DNA from: a virus
Taxonomy: Duplodnaviria > Caudoviricetes
Length of the DNA: 64,000 nt
Reading direction: 5' to 3' (one strand)
IMG/VR virus record: IMGVR_UViG_3300025401_000648
Below the pieces are notes generated by a model that saw only the letters and a program-made list of their open reading frames with translations, did no database searches and was not told the origin of the DNA. The position numbers and the translations under genes are program-made. Positions 21,501-29,371 of this stretch are shown here, piece by piece. Numbering within the stretch: position 1 is the stretch's first letter; every line of letters begins with the position of its first letter.

Positions 21501-24500
21501 TGTTGGACCATGTAACAAACGGAGCTGTTACCCCGCCAACATTTATTGTTGGTGTTGCGGAATTTCTAACTGGAGTATAAACATTAAAATAAGGATTAGT
21601 CTGATCATATCCTTTGACTACAAATGCACCATTAACTTTTTGTAAAATAATTCCAGAAATACTAGAGTAACTGATAGGATCGCTGACATTTAAAATTAAC
21701 GAATAATCCTGTGGCGCCAATAATGCTCCAGGACTAGTAGCAGTTGGATCAATAGCATTTATAGTCACTTGAAGGGTGTTTTGACTTACAAACCCACCAA
21801 CTTTATGAAATAAGTTATAACTCAAATAATTAATATCAGACTGTAATTCTGAATTATAATTTTGTGTGCGTTGACGACCAATTTCGCTAATATAGACACT
21901 GTATCCCGCTGTTAGGGCATTATTGACACCTTGTAGTGTAATATTTTTAAGGCTTAAAAATGAATAGTCTAAATTTACACCATAAGCCCATTGGCCAGCA
22001 ATATTTTTTTGAATACGACTTGTGTCATACATTAAAGATGAATAAGCGGCAGGATATGTCAATGCCAGTAATTTTTGAACCGCAAACGGAAAATAACTAC
22101 TTCTACGCCATGCGGCTTCTGCTGGGCCTTGATCTCCAAATACCCAATTTTTTTGTTCACCTTCTGGAGTATAGTTCACTAGTAAGTTAACTGTAGGGTC
22201 TAATAAATTGCCATACTCATCTACAGGCAATATATTTGACAACCCAGGACGGGAATATAAACTGTTAATGGTATCGGTATGGGCGTTGCGTCCGTATTCT
22301 AAATCTTGCCATAACAAAGTGTTTCCAGATGTATAAGGTGCCGGTCCGTACTGAGCAGTCCACCATGATGGCTGTTCACTAAATCCCAACATCTCCCACG
22401 GGCATGTGTGAGGACGATCAGTGCCGTAAAAATATTTGTAAATTCCTCTCCAATTGCCATTTACTGGGATTCCTAATAGTTCATTATAAGATCCTGAATA
22501 GTTCCAAGTAAATTTTTCATCTTGATTAAAACTCACATTCTCAGTATAATCAACACCATATGCTCCTGCCCATTTAATAAAATCTCGAGATAATATAGTA
22601 TTAACTTCATTTAAAGAATAATCGTTGGTATTGAAGGCTCCAGGAATTACTGTGTTAATATCAAATAGGTCTGATCTATATTGAGTCTTGATATTATTAT
22701 AAATTCGTTTTTCAAATTCTAAAACAATGGCATCTCGATAATCATTATATGCCACCATGATGCTGCCATCATGCCCTTGAATAACTTTTACTGGTCCATC
22801 GGCATAGGTGTTATCTAAATAAATTGAAGGAGTAAATTTAGGATATAGTCCTAATTTAGTAGGAGTCGGTGGCACATAGCTACCCGATGTATCTGGATAT
22901 TGATTTACTGTTAAAACATCTCCAGGAGTTAATTTTGTTAATAATGTAATACTTGAGTCAGCAACATTAAATTCATAATCAACATTTAGTAATAACTGTT
23001 CGTTGTTTATGTAAACTAACATGGCTGTTAGACTTAGTACTGAAGGATCAAAATCAAAACTTAATGGATACGTTACATTTCTTGAATCTGTTACTGTCCA
23101 GGTTCTAGAATTTACATCAGTACCGTAAGGAATCATGTCAGATAGATAATACGGGCTTAGAATATTCATAGAACTATTCATAGCGGCCAAGGCCTGATCA
23201 ACTGCCAGTATTGGATTTGATTGATTGCCTAATATTAAAATCTGTTTCAAAAATCCTAATTTATACTGATTGTACTGATCGGCAGCTTTAGTAAGAGCAT
23301 TGATAACACTATGTTCCTTTTTCCCAATAAACATTTGAGCAAAAGGTATTGGGTTGACATTAGAAATTAAACGACGGCCATATTGTTCAATGCCAGCGAT
23401 ATCTCGCAAATTACCAAGTCCTGGAAATTTTCCTAAGAATTCGGGAGATCCTTCTGCCATTGTTTGTACATGATCCTGTAGATCAGTCAATGTTATGGAA
23501 GTAAGTAAACCATTTAATGGATTATTTGTAAGCCCAAGAGGAGGTTCATAATATCCCGTATCGTTAGACAGGGGAGTCTTTGAATATAGTTTAAACAATA
23601 CATTTGTACCAGTAGCTAATGGCTCGGCAAATGAAACAACAGTTTTTTCTAAAGATTTTAATAAAGTAAATTCGTTACTATGTAATTTTGAAAAATTAAC
23701 ATATACTTCAATATCATCATTGTTTGAAAAATTATCTAAGGCAGTTATAGCAATAGTTGATGTAGTCGATGTTGTTGCTTGAAATTGTAGTATAGGTATC
23801 TTATATCCGTTAGATAAGGACCACACATTTGTGTAAACATTGCCAGTACTTTCTGAAAATTTACAATAGGTAACAGCAGTCGACACTGCTAGGCTAGTTT
23901 GTCCTTGAGAAACATTGATAACATCAGAATTAAAATAGTTGGTAAACAAATAACTACCAACACTAATACTATTTTGATATTTTATTGAAAATCCTAGCAC
24001 TGAATCATATACGTCGCCAGGAGTGTAGCCAAAAATTTGATTACCTTTGAAATCTGATATGTAATGATTGGTATCACTATAACTATTTCCAACATCGTCA
24101 AATAAATCAAATAGTGGTGGCTGATTTAATTTAGTATGTTGTTGAGCATAGACCCAGTCTGTACCATTATACCACCAACTTGATCCAGCATATTTTGAAC
24201 CGTTTACAATACTAACACAGTTGCCAGTTACCGGAGTGTGATCTGGTGCTGGAATAAGTGCCAATTGTCGTGTATTACCAACTCCTGGAATATTATAAGT
24301 AACTATCCATATTTTATCTTTTACCAAAGGATCTGGGTCGTTGGTAAAAATAACACGATCACCTTGTCCCAATAATCTTGGATTGGTATTGTCATAATCA
24401 ACAAAATATCCCCACGAACCTTCAACTGATTTAAAAACATTTGTTGTTTCGGTGTCAATCCAATCAACGTTGGCAATAGCTGAATCACCAAAATTATAAA

Positions 24501-25419
24501 GTTGTAGATTGGCTTTAAATTCAATAATAGGGCGAGTTGCTCTTTGTTGCGCAGGGTATACTGCCTGTACTCCATTTGCTAGAGCGCTAGCCGCAATCAC
24601 ATCTTGATGTACCCAACGATTATAACGTGTCCAAGCATTTAAATCTTTACTAGCTCGATTAATTGTTATATAGTCAGGACTAATAGGTAAGGATTTATTT
24701 CCATCAAAAGGAAAATCATCAAATCCATCACCATCAAAACTTTCATTATAGATTGTGGAAATTTTTCCAGCAGTTACTAATGAATTGTAGTCAATTAATA
24801 CTACGGAAGAGCCTACACCTTCGACAAAGAATTTTTTATTCAGATAATCAGAAGTTATATTTTTACCAACAAACTCAATCAGCATACCATTAGATAATGC
24901 GATAGTGGCAGTGCCTATCAATGTAGTAAATCCAGATTTGCCTACAATATCTGCTTCCACATCTAGTACATCATTTGTAATAGTTATGATCTCTGGACCA
25001 GTTACTAGCCAATAATATTCTTGATAGTTAACTAGTTTGTCCCAATCGATATGCGGATTATATGAATAAAATTCACTTCTAAATAAACGGTCAAGATTGT
25101 TAGTAATGCCGCCATTGACATTTACTTGGTTGATCAAATCGTCGTAGGCTATAACTTCTTTAATATTTGAATTGATATCATTAATAACTAGAGCTGGCTC
25201 TAAATTATATGCCGCACGTATTGGCGAAAAGTTTGAAATATAATTATCAGTGGTTGAAACATAGTTAGGAGTAACCTTACTACCAATATACCCATCAATG
25301 CGTTCTAATTGAGCAGGACGAATTAATTGATCGATAGTACTAGATAAAAATTTTGCGTTTTTATCTGTTTGAAAGTATGAGGGAAGTAAATTAACTGATT
25401 GAAAAGTTGATGTACTCAT
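12529..25419 (-). CDS. Giant virion structural protein (4296 aa), probable baseplate wedge component (gp7 position) with FG-GAP-like propeller repeats
   Basis: Directly follows the gp6-like gene; seven FG/YG-x-S/T repeats at about 19430-18250; two CBM-like Y..G..V.Y.G..Y motifs. Confidence 0.75.
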   Translation of the reverse strand: MSTSTFQSVNLLPSYFQTDKNAKFLSSTIDQLIRPAQLERIDGYIGSKVTPNYVSTTDNYISNFSPIRAAYNLEPALVINDINSNIKEVIAYDDLINQVNVNGGITNNLDRLFRSEFYSYNPHIDWDKLVNYQEYYWLVTGPEIITITNDVLDVEADIVGKSGFTTLIGTATIALSNGMLIEFVGKNITSDYLNKKFFVEGVGSSVVLIDYNSLVTAGKISTIYNESFDGDGFDDFPFDGNKSLPISPDYITINRASKDLNAWTRYNRWVHQDVIAASALANGVQAVYPAQQRATRPIIEFKANLQLYNFGDSAIANVDWIDTETTNVFKSVEGSWGYFVDYDNTNPRLLGQGDRVIFTNDPDPLVKDKIWIVTYNIPGVGNTRQLALIPAPDHTPVTGNCVSIVNGSKYAGSSWWYNGTDWVYAQQHTKLNQPPLFDLFDDVGNSYSDTNHYISDFKGNQIFGYTPGDVYDSVLGFSIKYQNSISVGSYLFTNYFNSDVINVSQGQTSLAVSTAVTYCKFSESTGNVYTNVWSLSNGYKIPILQFQATTSTTSTIAITALDNFSNNDDIEVYVNFSKLHSNEFTLLKSLEKTVVSFAEPLATGTNVLFKLYSKTPLSNDTGYYEPPLGLTNNPLNGLLTSITLTDLQDHVQTMAEGSPEFLGKFPGLGNLRDIAGIEQYGRRLISNVNPIPFAQMFIGKKEHSVINALTKAADQYNQYKLGFLKQILILGNQSNPILAVDQALAAMNSSMNILSPYYLSDMIPYGTDVNSRTWTVTDSRNVTYPLSFDFDPSVLSLTAMLVYINNEQLLLNVDYEFNVADSSITLLTKLTPGDVLTVNQYPDTSGSYVPPTPTKLGLYPKFTPSIYLDNTYADGPVKVIQGHDGSIMVAYNDYRDAIVLEFEKRIYNNIKTQYRSDLFDINTVIPGAFNTNDYSLNEVNTILSRDFIKWAGAYGVDYTENVSFNQDEKFTWNYSGSYNELLGIPVNGNWRGIYKYFYGTDRPHTCPWEMLGFSEQPSWWTAQYGPAPYTSGNTLLWQDLEYGRNAHTDTINSLYSRPGLSNILPVDEYGNLLDPTVNLLVNYTPEGEQKNWVFGDQGPAEAAWRRSSYFPFAVQKLLALTYPAAYSSLMYDTSRIQKNIAGQWAYGVNLDYSFLSLKNITLQGVNNALTAGYSVYISEIGRQRTQNYNSELQSDINYLSYNLFHKVGGFVSQNTLQVTINAIDPTATSPGALLAPQDYSLILNVSDPISYSSISGIILQKVNGAFVVKGYDQTNPYFNVYTPVRNSATPTINVGGVTAPFVTWSNTTSYGETGLTADQTTTANTSPTGKFYQKGQYVQYGSNFYIVTVSHQSESTFNPSLYQEISALPVTGGATVQIATTFNKTIKQISYGTTFNTIQEVYDFIIGYGAWLTDQRFVFDLYSSDFGTNIDWNFTAKEFLYWSTQNWADNSVIALSPFAEKVQFTSANSVVDDIFDPFYSYNVMSANGTLIPKNRINITRQDGVCTITTLNSNDGIYFAIFRNVQKEHGMVFNNTTIFDNTAYSIETGFYQQRMKLSGFRTANWNGDYFSPGFVYDTAKVGDWTQYKDYNAGDAVYYSGNYYSAINNIDGAQKFDFTKWQVLPKKPTAGLLPNLDYKISQFQDFYSLDIDNFDSGQQKSAQYLTGYTPRPYLTNIIIDPIAQYKFYQGYIKEKGTYNAIAKLAKASIQNLQGNFTYNEEWAFRVGQYGSYSSYNELEVPLVEGTFIDNPQVIVFTATNPPVSAYDLKVYSTATDWQITPPNYVSSMTFAVNSGTLTNNAFELTTAGYVRADDVSYTTLNLDTLSAVVSSSTSVFKEGDIVWLGFKQDNDWDVLRYTESDGQIASVGINVPGVDVLVTTNGYHGLNSGELVSITEFDPTVNGVYLVTAVPNPTSFLIASTATYVANSASTTTVGLLFKFDSFRFNTFDNLSNDKKLLKLPEGTKVWIDNANNGQWGVYEKINNYSVSSANSLGNVYNQQLGYSISKRKGSNVVVVGAPGFVQSGNYGRVTVYTTNNNGGLTRKLDYYLNELSGAANSLNNDTGFGQTVVYDDNAFGSSIYGLVFAGAPTAQTTNGVVDSGLVKISSINSVSLEEVQQLVINNPSPSNYDLFGSGIYVQRTSTTTNKVMVVTAPGTVNTGTGTLNFYNLSISGSTVSATLFYRLAAPLSVGSQFGYSISGTDDASLIAVSVLGNTNTPAFVSIFSNSNGYAVANQEVTVSLPAGSGFGQKVLLSPDGTYLFVSAPYCENFDRSYGSVYVFENINGTFYESQVLTNPSGVIGVHFGTDIDINSTNNSLIISSVGSGVHGATTFDATSKFGGNTTFDADSTKFYDVINNSGTAYIYTRLASRFVFSEELSPVSTADGTNYGKAVTIDSDTALVGAPAIDNSTIASSVYLFSKIDTSTNGWKLLRSQNDLVATDTIQRVRLINTSTEEIVNYLDVIDPLKGRIAGMADQELTYKMISDPATYSIGTTANAINTLTNWADNHVGELWWDLSTVKYQWYEQGEDTFRKNTWGQVFPGSSIDVYEWVGSNLSPTEWSALADTPAGLTLGVSGQPKNPDNTVYSLVQSYDTVTQTFNNYRYYYWVKNSVIVPNVPNRRVSAYDVARVIKDPTGYGLQYASIISPHAVIVANVGGELIKSNIDLNISIDTTDNIIPKHTEWLLLQEGNETSLPNALLEKKLFDSLLGHDSVGNLVPDPALTSRTRYGIGIRPRQTMFVNRLNALRNLIEFANDILINNIITGSYNFINLNAQEEIPPVSSNLYDYTLEDTNELDTIDTSLFVTAELTCTVYDGKVRSVSITNPGLGYLTAPTVTVDGIGTGAVIKTEIDSNGRVINAIISNAGQGYVATPILTVRPYSVVVVSDSTYNGKWAIFVRDIENKTWVRARTQSYNTTLYWNYTDWSSSDFNKHKDYTTTVNYVYQIDSLVLNNGDYVKVKNNGLGNYIILEYTDSNVGTFSNHFNIVYSQNGTIQISDNIWNTQNNSLAYDEISAYDQTLYDQTPDLELNYILTALRDNIFINELRVNWNLFFFKAVKYAFTEQKLLDWAFKTSFISITNEAGVLAQPSVYLVTSSTNFENYIEEVKPYHTQIRNFTEQYSVVEPTATYTSDFEDSTSALDPIRNFDITMKFDRISASGQIGNTTTTDQFICNGSATSFVLRWLAVPNKSLIIMTLDGLRVLYSDYTIEYFTEEYNGYSKKYCQIKFLNAVPGIGQLLKITYVKDVSIQSAADRILNYYTATSGMPGLDLGQLMLGVDYPRTQLQTLAFNATTGWDESNVPFGTTPWGNDIEYYSKTTSTSTATAGTNNISLYSASATLVGQYANIISTITNVFYSTDVTVTAVTGTVVTFSSTLTSAIPPGTVIEFWNVGSNSALLDTSIDGGTWTGTNAAILTGALGVNPSDIIIDGGSTSTARVGSGFLNPDDSYAPEELVAGGSSDSLGINVYTKTPSGAPIVVSGNFNIVGGTTGTITLPILPTTTASITVTDGFQQVYSYTTSTNLTPGQFSIDWATSQLSVYVNYSAIIGYTIISVGGGSGNDAGVVAYNSVTVTDVSNAQVYCNFEFGSINSAFVTVNGSSVSLQTTSTGYGYVLGPVVDGADTRAAVTVYNLPPGTNTIQAWFFTSAHNYFNEITDQFITITDGAVNTYALNPAPGNIGPAVSNVIVQQNSRQLVGPYVSYYTVTNGNLTFKINNSRPRPTGVYAIANNSVEVYVNGIKLSGGFDFIVDNLVNTITISYSGVSDGDVVAVVDLYQQPGDGYDFNIEGSNLILSSPTLGTTIRVITYTDQDGMLLRTERFKGTISNQFKITAPPLNTNYLWLVLDGVPLVNNVDYQILSDGVTIQISDKYLIGVANTIVITYIANHTLASTVLGYRIFNDIFNRTSFKRISAKNSTYLTQPLNLTDTEIHVNDTSVLTPAIPSKKIPGVVMIAGERIEFFTITGNVLSQLRRSTLGTSPKTYSDIYTTVIDQSPSQTIPFNESIYTQTLYTTSTTATYTILTTASTATGDGITLSSGIPAMDQVQVYYGGYQLNKVGTYYQDTTLSYDSPTFKITGSVSTESLLPSTTVINTAYIVTSTNKVWIYTNSIAADAVNGYVYTGLNYLPPEFSITATQITVGAIAVDVLGAQPPNGSGWVLSQNTSTQQIAAGWTLIDANGAKYPIISAGHNSLFNGWGFGLAQAATIAWPLTFVSPVSQQITLNTLQGVGDNIKLVIIKKEFSDTTLWNNGVSLLDSTTEQAKFIQARPAVLPNSYYSGGDPDITTETGFVLTDQNNNPIEGL

Positions 25420-25421
25420 AG

Positions 25422-28400
25422 TTAATTCCCAGCACTAGTTATAATTGATTTTGTATCTAATTGACTCGCCGTGATAGCTGATATCACTTGAATATTTGCC
25501 GCAGTTGCCCCGCTTACAAAAATTTCATTATTTTGACATGCTACCTCATATAGGCTACCAAAGTTATTATTTGGATTTACAGGAACAATAACAAAGTTTG
25601 TTATGTCTGGTGTTAATAAATTCATCACGTATGTACTCAATTCACTGAAGTGGAAACTCTGACCAAAATCCCAATTTTCTAAGGCAAAGAATTTATTGAT
25701 TGCTGCCAATATTTGTGATTTAATATTATTAACACTCAATGTGCTAGTTGGACTTTGTACTGCTTTAAATGTTGCTTGTAGATTTAGATCAGCAAATGCT
25801 CCAAACAATACCTTGTATTTTACAGGCTGATATATGATCTGATCACTAATTGTTTTAATAGGTTCTAAACTAGAAGAATAATTATTTTCTAATGCCACGC
25901 TGGTTGGAGGTAAGGGCTCAGTGCCGTTACCAGTTAATAACCAATTTCTAAAAGCAATATCATAATCGCTAGTCAACATGTAGATATCAATAATATTACT
26001 CTTACTAGGATCAATTCTAGTATCCTGTCCAGTATTATGAACATATTGGAATTTAATTCCACTGCGACCCGGATAAGCTATGTAGGTTGATGCGGTGGTA
26101 TCATACAACCAAGGATTATTAATATTAGCTGTGCTTGTACTATAACTGTTGATTACGTTATAATCTGAATCATAAAAATAAAATAAATCACCTGTGGAAG
26201 GTGTAATAGTACCACTGTTGATAGCAACTATTGCGGCAGCTGGGTTAGGATAGGCAGTGAACATACTGCTATCAACTAATTCATATGTTAGGCCGTCTGA
26301 TTGAAGTTTAAAATAGACAAATTTATCTTCCCACCCAGTAATTTCATTTGTACTAGTAGTGGCTACTATTTTTTCAAAAGCATCAGGATCAACAATTTGT
26401 CCTGAATTGTTATAATCGTAAAAACTAACAACTACCTGTCTAGGTTCCACATAGCCGTCTGACTGTGTAATTGTACCATCAACCTGCCACAAATAATCTG
26501 TGCCCAAAGCCACTGAACTTGTGGTGTTTAATGTGTTGACTGACAACACTGTAATTTTATCTTTGATAACAGTATTTGTGGTAAAGTCATAGTTAATATT
26601 ATTTGAATCAATAAAGAATCCTGTTTGTTGAGCACTTTCAAACACATAGTCAGTTTGTCTGTATTGAACTGTATAACTTGTGCCGTTCCAAGAAAATGCC
26701 ACTAACCAACTGGAGTCTAAATTAGCATTACTAATATTATTTTGATATTCTAAACTAAATGGACTTACTAAATTTAGATTACTGTCAGCAATAATGTTCC
26801 AAACTCTATTGATAGAATCAAAAGATAATCCAAAATTTCTTTGAATTAGACAGAGATTTACAATTTCAGTAATAAACGAATTTGAAAAAGAATTTACAAA
26901 CACTGGAATTATTTCAACAGGAGTAGCAGTACTTGGTACCACGTTGTTCATTGTTATCGGGCCAACACCTGTACTTAATGCGCCAGTTCCGTTATTAGAA
27001 CCATCACCTATAACCTGAGATACTAAAGACCAAATATAATCTACAGTGGTAGAAGTTTTTTTGTTGATTAATGTGCCGTTAGGTAAAAAATATTGGCCAG
27101 CTGGAGGAACAAATTTAATTAATGCTCCTGACACGATATAGGCAAGATTACTATTAGAAAATCCGCCAACCGCTGTGGCAACATAAGTTGATGTATTTGT
27201 AAAATAACCTGTACTTTGTCCAGAAGATTTAGTAACCTGTACCCAACTAACTCCAGATTGTGTGAGATCAGGTCTTGGATATTGATCAAGATAAAAAGAT
27301 CTCATGGTAGAGGAGGCAATAATTGGTGTTAATCGATTTTGTATAATTGTGTAGATATCATTTTGACTATTAAATGTAAAGTCAAAACTGTTTTGTGTTA
27401 GATTTTTATATAAAATGCCGTCATCAGCAAATATGTTTGTACTAGAATATTTTCCGCTAACATCACTTAATTCAAAATACTTGCTAACGCCACTGGTTAC
27501 TCTAGCAACACTTTTAACTTTAAGTATTTCACTGCTGACATTCAAAGGAGCGATATTGTAATCCTCCCCAGTTACCATACGGTTTTGTGTGTAGTACGTT
27601 TGTGGAGCATTAGTTTGTATACTAGCGTTGGATTCAGTTCCTTGACTGTTTGACACAGTATATTCTAAAGAATATGTGATAGTCAATGTTTGACTTTGAC
27701 CTGCTTGATTTACATAAGGAATTCTAACGCTTACACCAGTCATTTGACTAGGACTAATTGTATAAGTTAGGCCATTACTTTGGCGATAAAACAAACCAAA
27801 ATCACCTGTGGGAAGATTACCAAAACTTCCATCTGAAAAGTTTAAATCAATTTGGTCACCGTTTCTAGTACTTACACTATAAAAATTTCTTGTACTGGCA
27901 TTTAAACTGTTGTATATAACATTGTTACCTGTTAGAGCAGGAACTTGTGTCCACAAAGTCTGGTATTGGCCGTTAAGCCCTTTTTGCCACAACCAAACGT
28001 CTGTGTTATTGATGTCTGTGATATTAACACCAATGATTTCATTTGGAACAGGAGCAGTTATACTGAAATTACTTGAGCTTAATGACCCTTGTCTAAAATG
28101 ACTGAAAAATCCTGTATTAGCACTGGCATTGCCCTGGTTATCATTTTGATAGATAATTGAGAAACTATTTCCTGGCTCAGGCGGTTCTTCATATATGTAG
28201 GTCTTACCAGAGAATGTAGTGCTTACGATTTCAAAAATCATAGGAGTGCCATTGATATTCTGTGTAAAACTAAACACTGGTACATCTTGATTAGAGCTAT
28301 TAATTGTATATTGTTGTACTAAAATTCCGCCAATAGTGTTTTGATCTGAAGGAGTTCCAAACCCATGTGGCGCATTAAAACTATTGTTTAATATTGTTAT

Positions 28401-28868
28401 AAATTGGTTATACCAATTTGAATTTGTGGAATCATTCCAGCCTATAGTAATATTGCTGAGATTATTGCCCAACGCATCAAACACACTGTCTGTGGTAGAA
28501 ATAGCAGACATTTTTAGTAAACCATTAGCTGGTACATTCCTAGTTGGTACGTAGCTGATCAATTGAGCCAGTCTTAAAATACTGTCTCTACGTGTCGCAG
28601 TTTCTAAAAAGTTTTCACGGGCATTTAGGTCAATACGGAAACTTAGATTTTGACCTAGGTAAGCAATTAAATCCACTAGGGCAATGTATTCACTACTATC
28701 AATGAAGTCGTTGAAGTCTTCAGGAAAATTTTCTTGAAGATACGCAATCATTATTCTACGCAGTGTTTCAAAATCATAGCTTTGGAACTCTGCGTTAGGG
28801 AAAGATTGATAGATTTTTTTCCAATCTTCTGTAACTAGATACTGTGAATTAGTTGCTGGAATTGTCAT
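25422..28868 (-). CDS. gp6: Baseplate wedge subunit, T4 gp6-like
   Basis: DFNDFIDSSEYIALVDLIAYLG..LSFRID..ARENFL.TA.RRDSILRLA N-terminus; NRMVTGEDY motif; follows the gp25-like gene. Confidence 0.85.
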   Translation of the reverse strand: MTIPATNSQYLVTEDWKKIYQSFPNAEFQSYDFETLRRIMIAYLQENFPEDFNDFIDSSEYIALVDLIAYLGQNLSFRIDLNARENFLETATRRDSILRLAQLISYVPTRNVPANGLLKMSAISTTDSVFDALGNNLSNITIGWNDSTNSNWYNQFITILNNSFNAPHGFGTPSDQNTIGGILVQQYTINSSNQDVPVFSFTQNINGTPMIFEIVSTTFSGKTYIYEEPPEPGNSFSIIYQNDNQGNASANTGFFSHFRQGSLSSSNFSITAPVPNEIIGVNITDINNTDVWLWQKGLNGQYQTLWTQVPALTGNNVIYNSLNASTRNFYSVSTRNGDQIDLNFSDGSFGNLPTGDFGLFYRQSNGLTYTISPSQMTGVSVRIPYVNQAGQSQTLTITYSLEYTVSNSQGTESNASIQTNAPQTYYTQNRMVTGEDYNIAPLNVSSEILKVKSVARVTSGVSKYFELSDVSGKYSSTNIFADDGILYKNLTQNSFDFTFNSQNDIYTIIQNRLTPIIASSTMRSFYLDQYPRPDLTQSGVSWVQVTKSSGQSTGYFTNTSTYVATAVGGFSNSNLAYIVSGALIKFVPPAGQYFLPNGTLINKKTSTTVDYIWSLVSQVIGDGSNNGTGALSTGVGPITMNNVVPSTATPVEIIPVFVNSFSNSFITEIVNLCLIQRNFGLSFDSINRVWNIIADSNLNLVSPFSLEYQNNISNANLDSSWLVAFSWNGTSYTVQYRQTDYVFESAQQTGFFIDSNNINYDFTTNTVIKDKITVLSVNTLNTTSSVALGTDYLWQVDGTITQSDGYVEPRQVVVSFYDYNNSGQIVDPDAFEKIVATTSTNEITGWEDKFVYFKLQSDGLTYELVDSSMFTAYPNPAAAIVAINSGTITPSTGDLFYFYDSDYNVINSYSTSTANINNPWLYDTTASTYIAYPGRSGIKFQYVHNTGQDTRIDPSKSNIIDIYMLTSDYDIAFRNWLLTGNGTEPLPPTSVALENNYSSSLEPIKTISDQIIYQPVKYKVLFGAFADLNLQATFKAVQSPTSTLSVNNIKSQILAAINKFFALENWDFGQSFHFSELSTYVMNLLTPDITNFVIVPVNPNNNFGSLYEVACQNNEIFVSGATAANIQVISAITASQLDTKSIITSAGN

Positions 28869-28885
28869 ATTTTTTGCCTATACCG

Positions 28886-28891
28886 TATTTA
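28886..28891 (-). promoter_or_regulatory. Putative late promoter (TAAATA) for the gp6-like gene
   Basis: Motif 17 nt upstream of the ATG. Confidence 0.6.
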
Positions 28892-28913
28892 TTGCGGCAA
28901 TTAACCACATATA

Positions 28914-29357
28914 TTATTGTTGCTGGGCCACTAGCCCGACCTGCTGATCAAATGCCAATGCCAAATTCACAGATTGATTATTGTAATTCAGTATCAAGGT
29001 CATTTCAATCAAATATCCTTGAGGGTATTCTGAAATATCAATTTGGGTTGGATAGATCCTAGGATCGCTTTCACAGATGCTGATCACATCTTCCTTTATT
29101 TGCTCTTGTATGTCTGGAGTCAATGGTTCAAACAATAAATCCCATATGATACTACCGTATGTAGGGTTCATCACACGTTCACCGCGTCTTGTATTAAAAT
29201 GATTGATTAAATCTTGTTTAATCAAATCATAATCATATAGTTTACTACCAGTGTTAGCATTATCTAATGTGCTAAATCCTACATAGAATTGATTAGATTG
29301 CGGAGCCTGACTTTCTATAGGGTTGGAACTAGGAATTGTAAAATTTTTATATGGCAT
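28914..29357 (-). CDS. gp25: Baseplate wedge subunit, gp25/GPW-like
   Basis: LIKQDL.NHFNTR.GER.MNP.YGS.IWDLLFEPL...DPR motif. Confidence 0.9.
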   Translation of the reverse strand: MPYKNFTIPSSNPIESQAPQSNQFYVGFSTLDNANTGSKLYDYDLIKQDLINHFNTRRGERVMNPTYGSIIWDLLFEPLTPDIQEQIKEDVISICESDPRIYPTQIDISEYPQGYLIEMTLILNYNNQSVNLALAFDQQVGLVAQQQ

Positions 29358-29365
29358 AATGTCAA

Positions 29366-29371
29366 TATTTA
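29366..29371 (-). promoter_or_regulatory. Putative late promoter (TAAATA) for the gp25-like gene
   Basis: Motif 8 nt upstream of the ATG. Confidence 0.6.
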
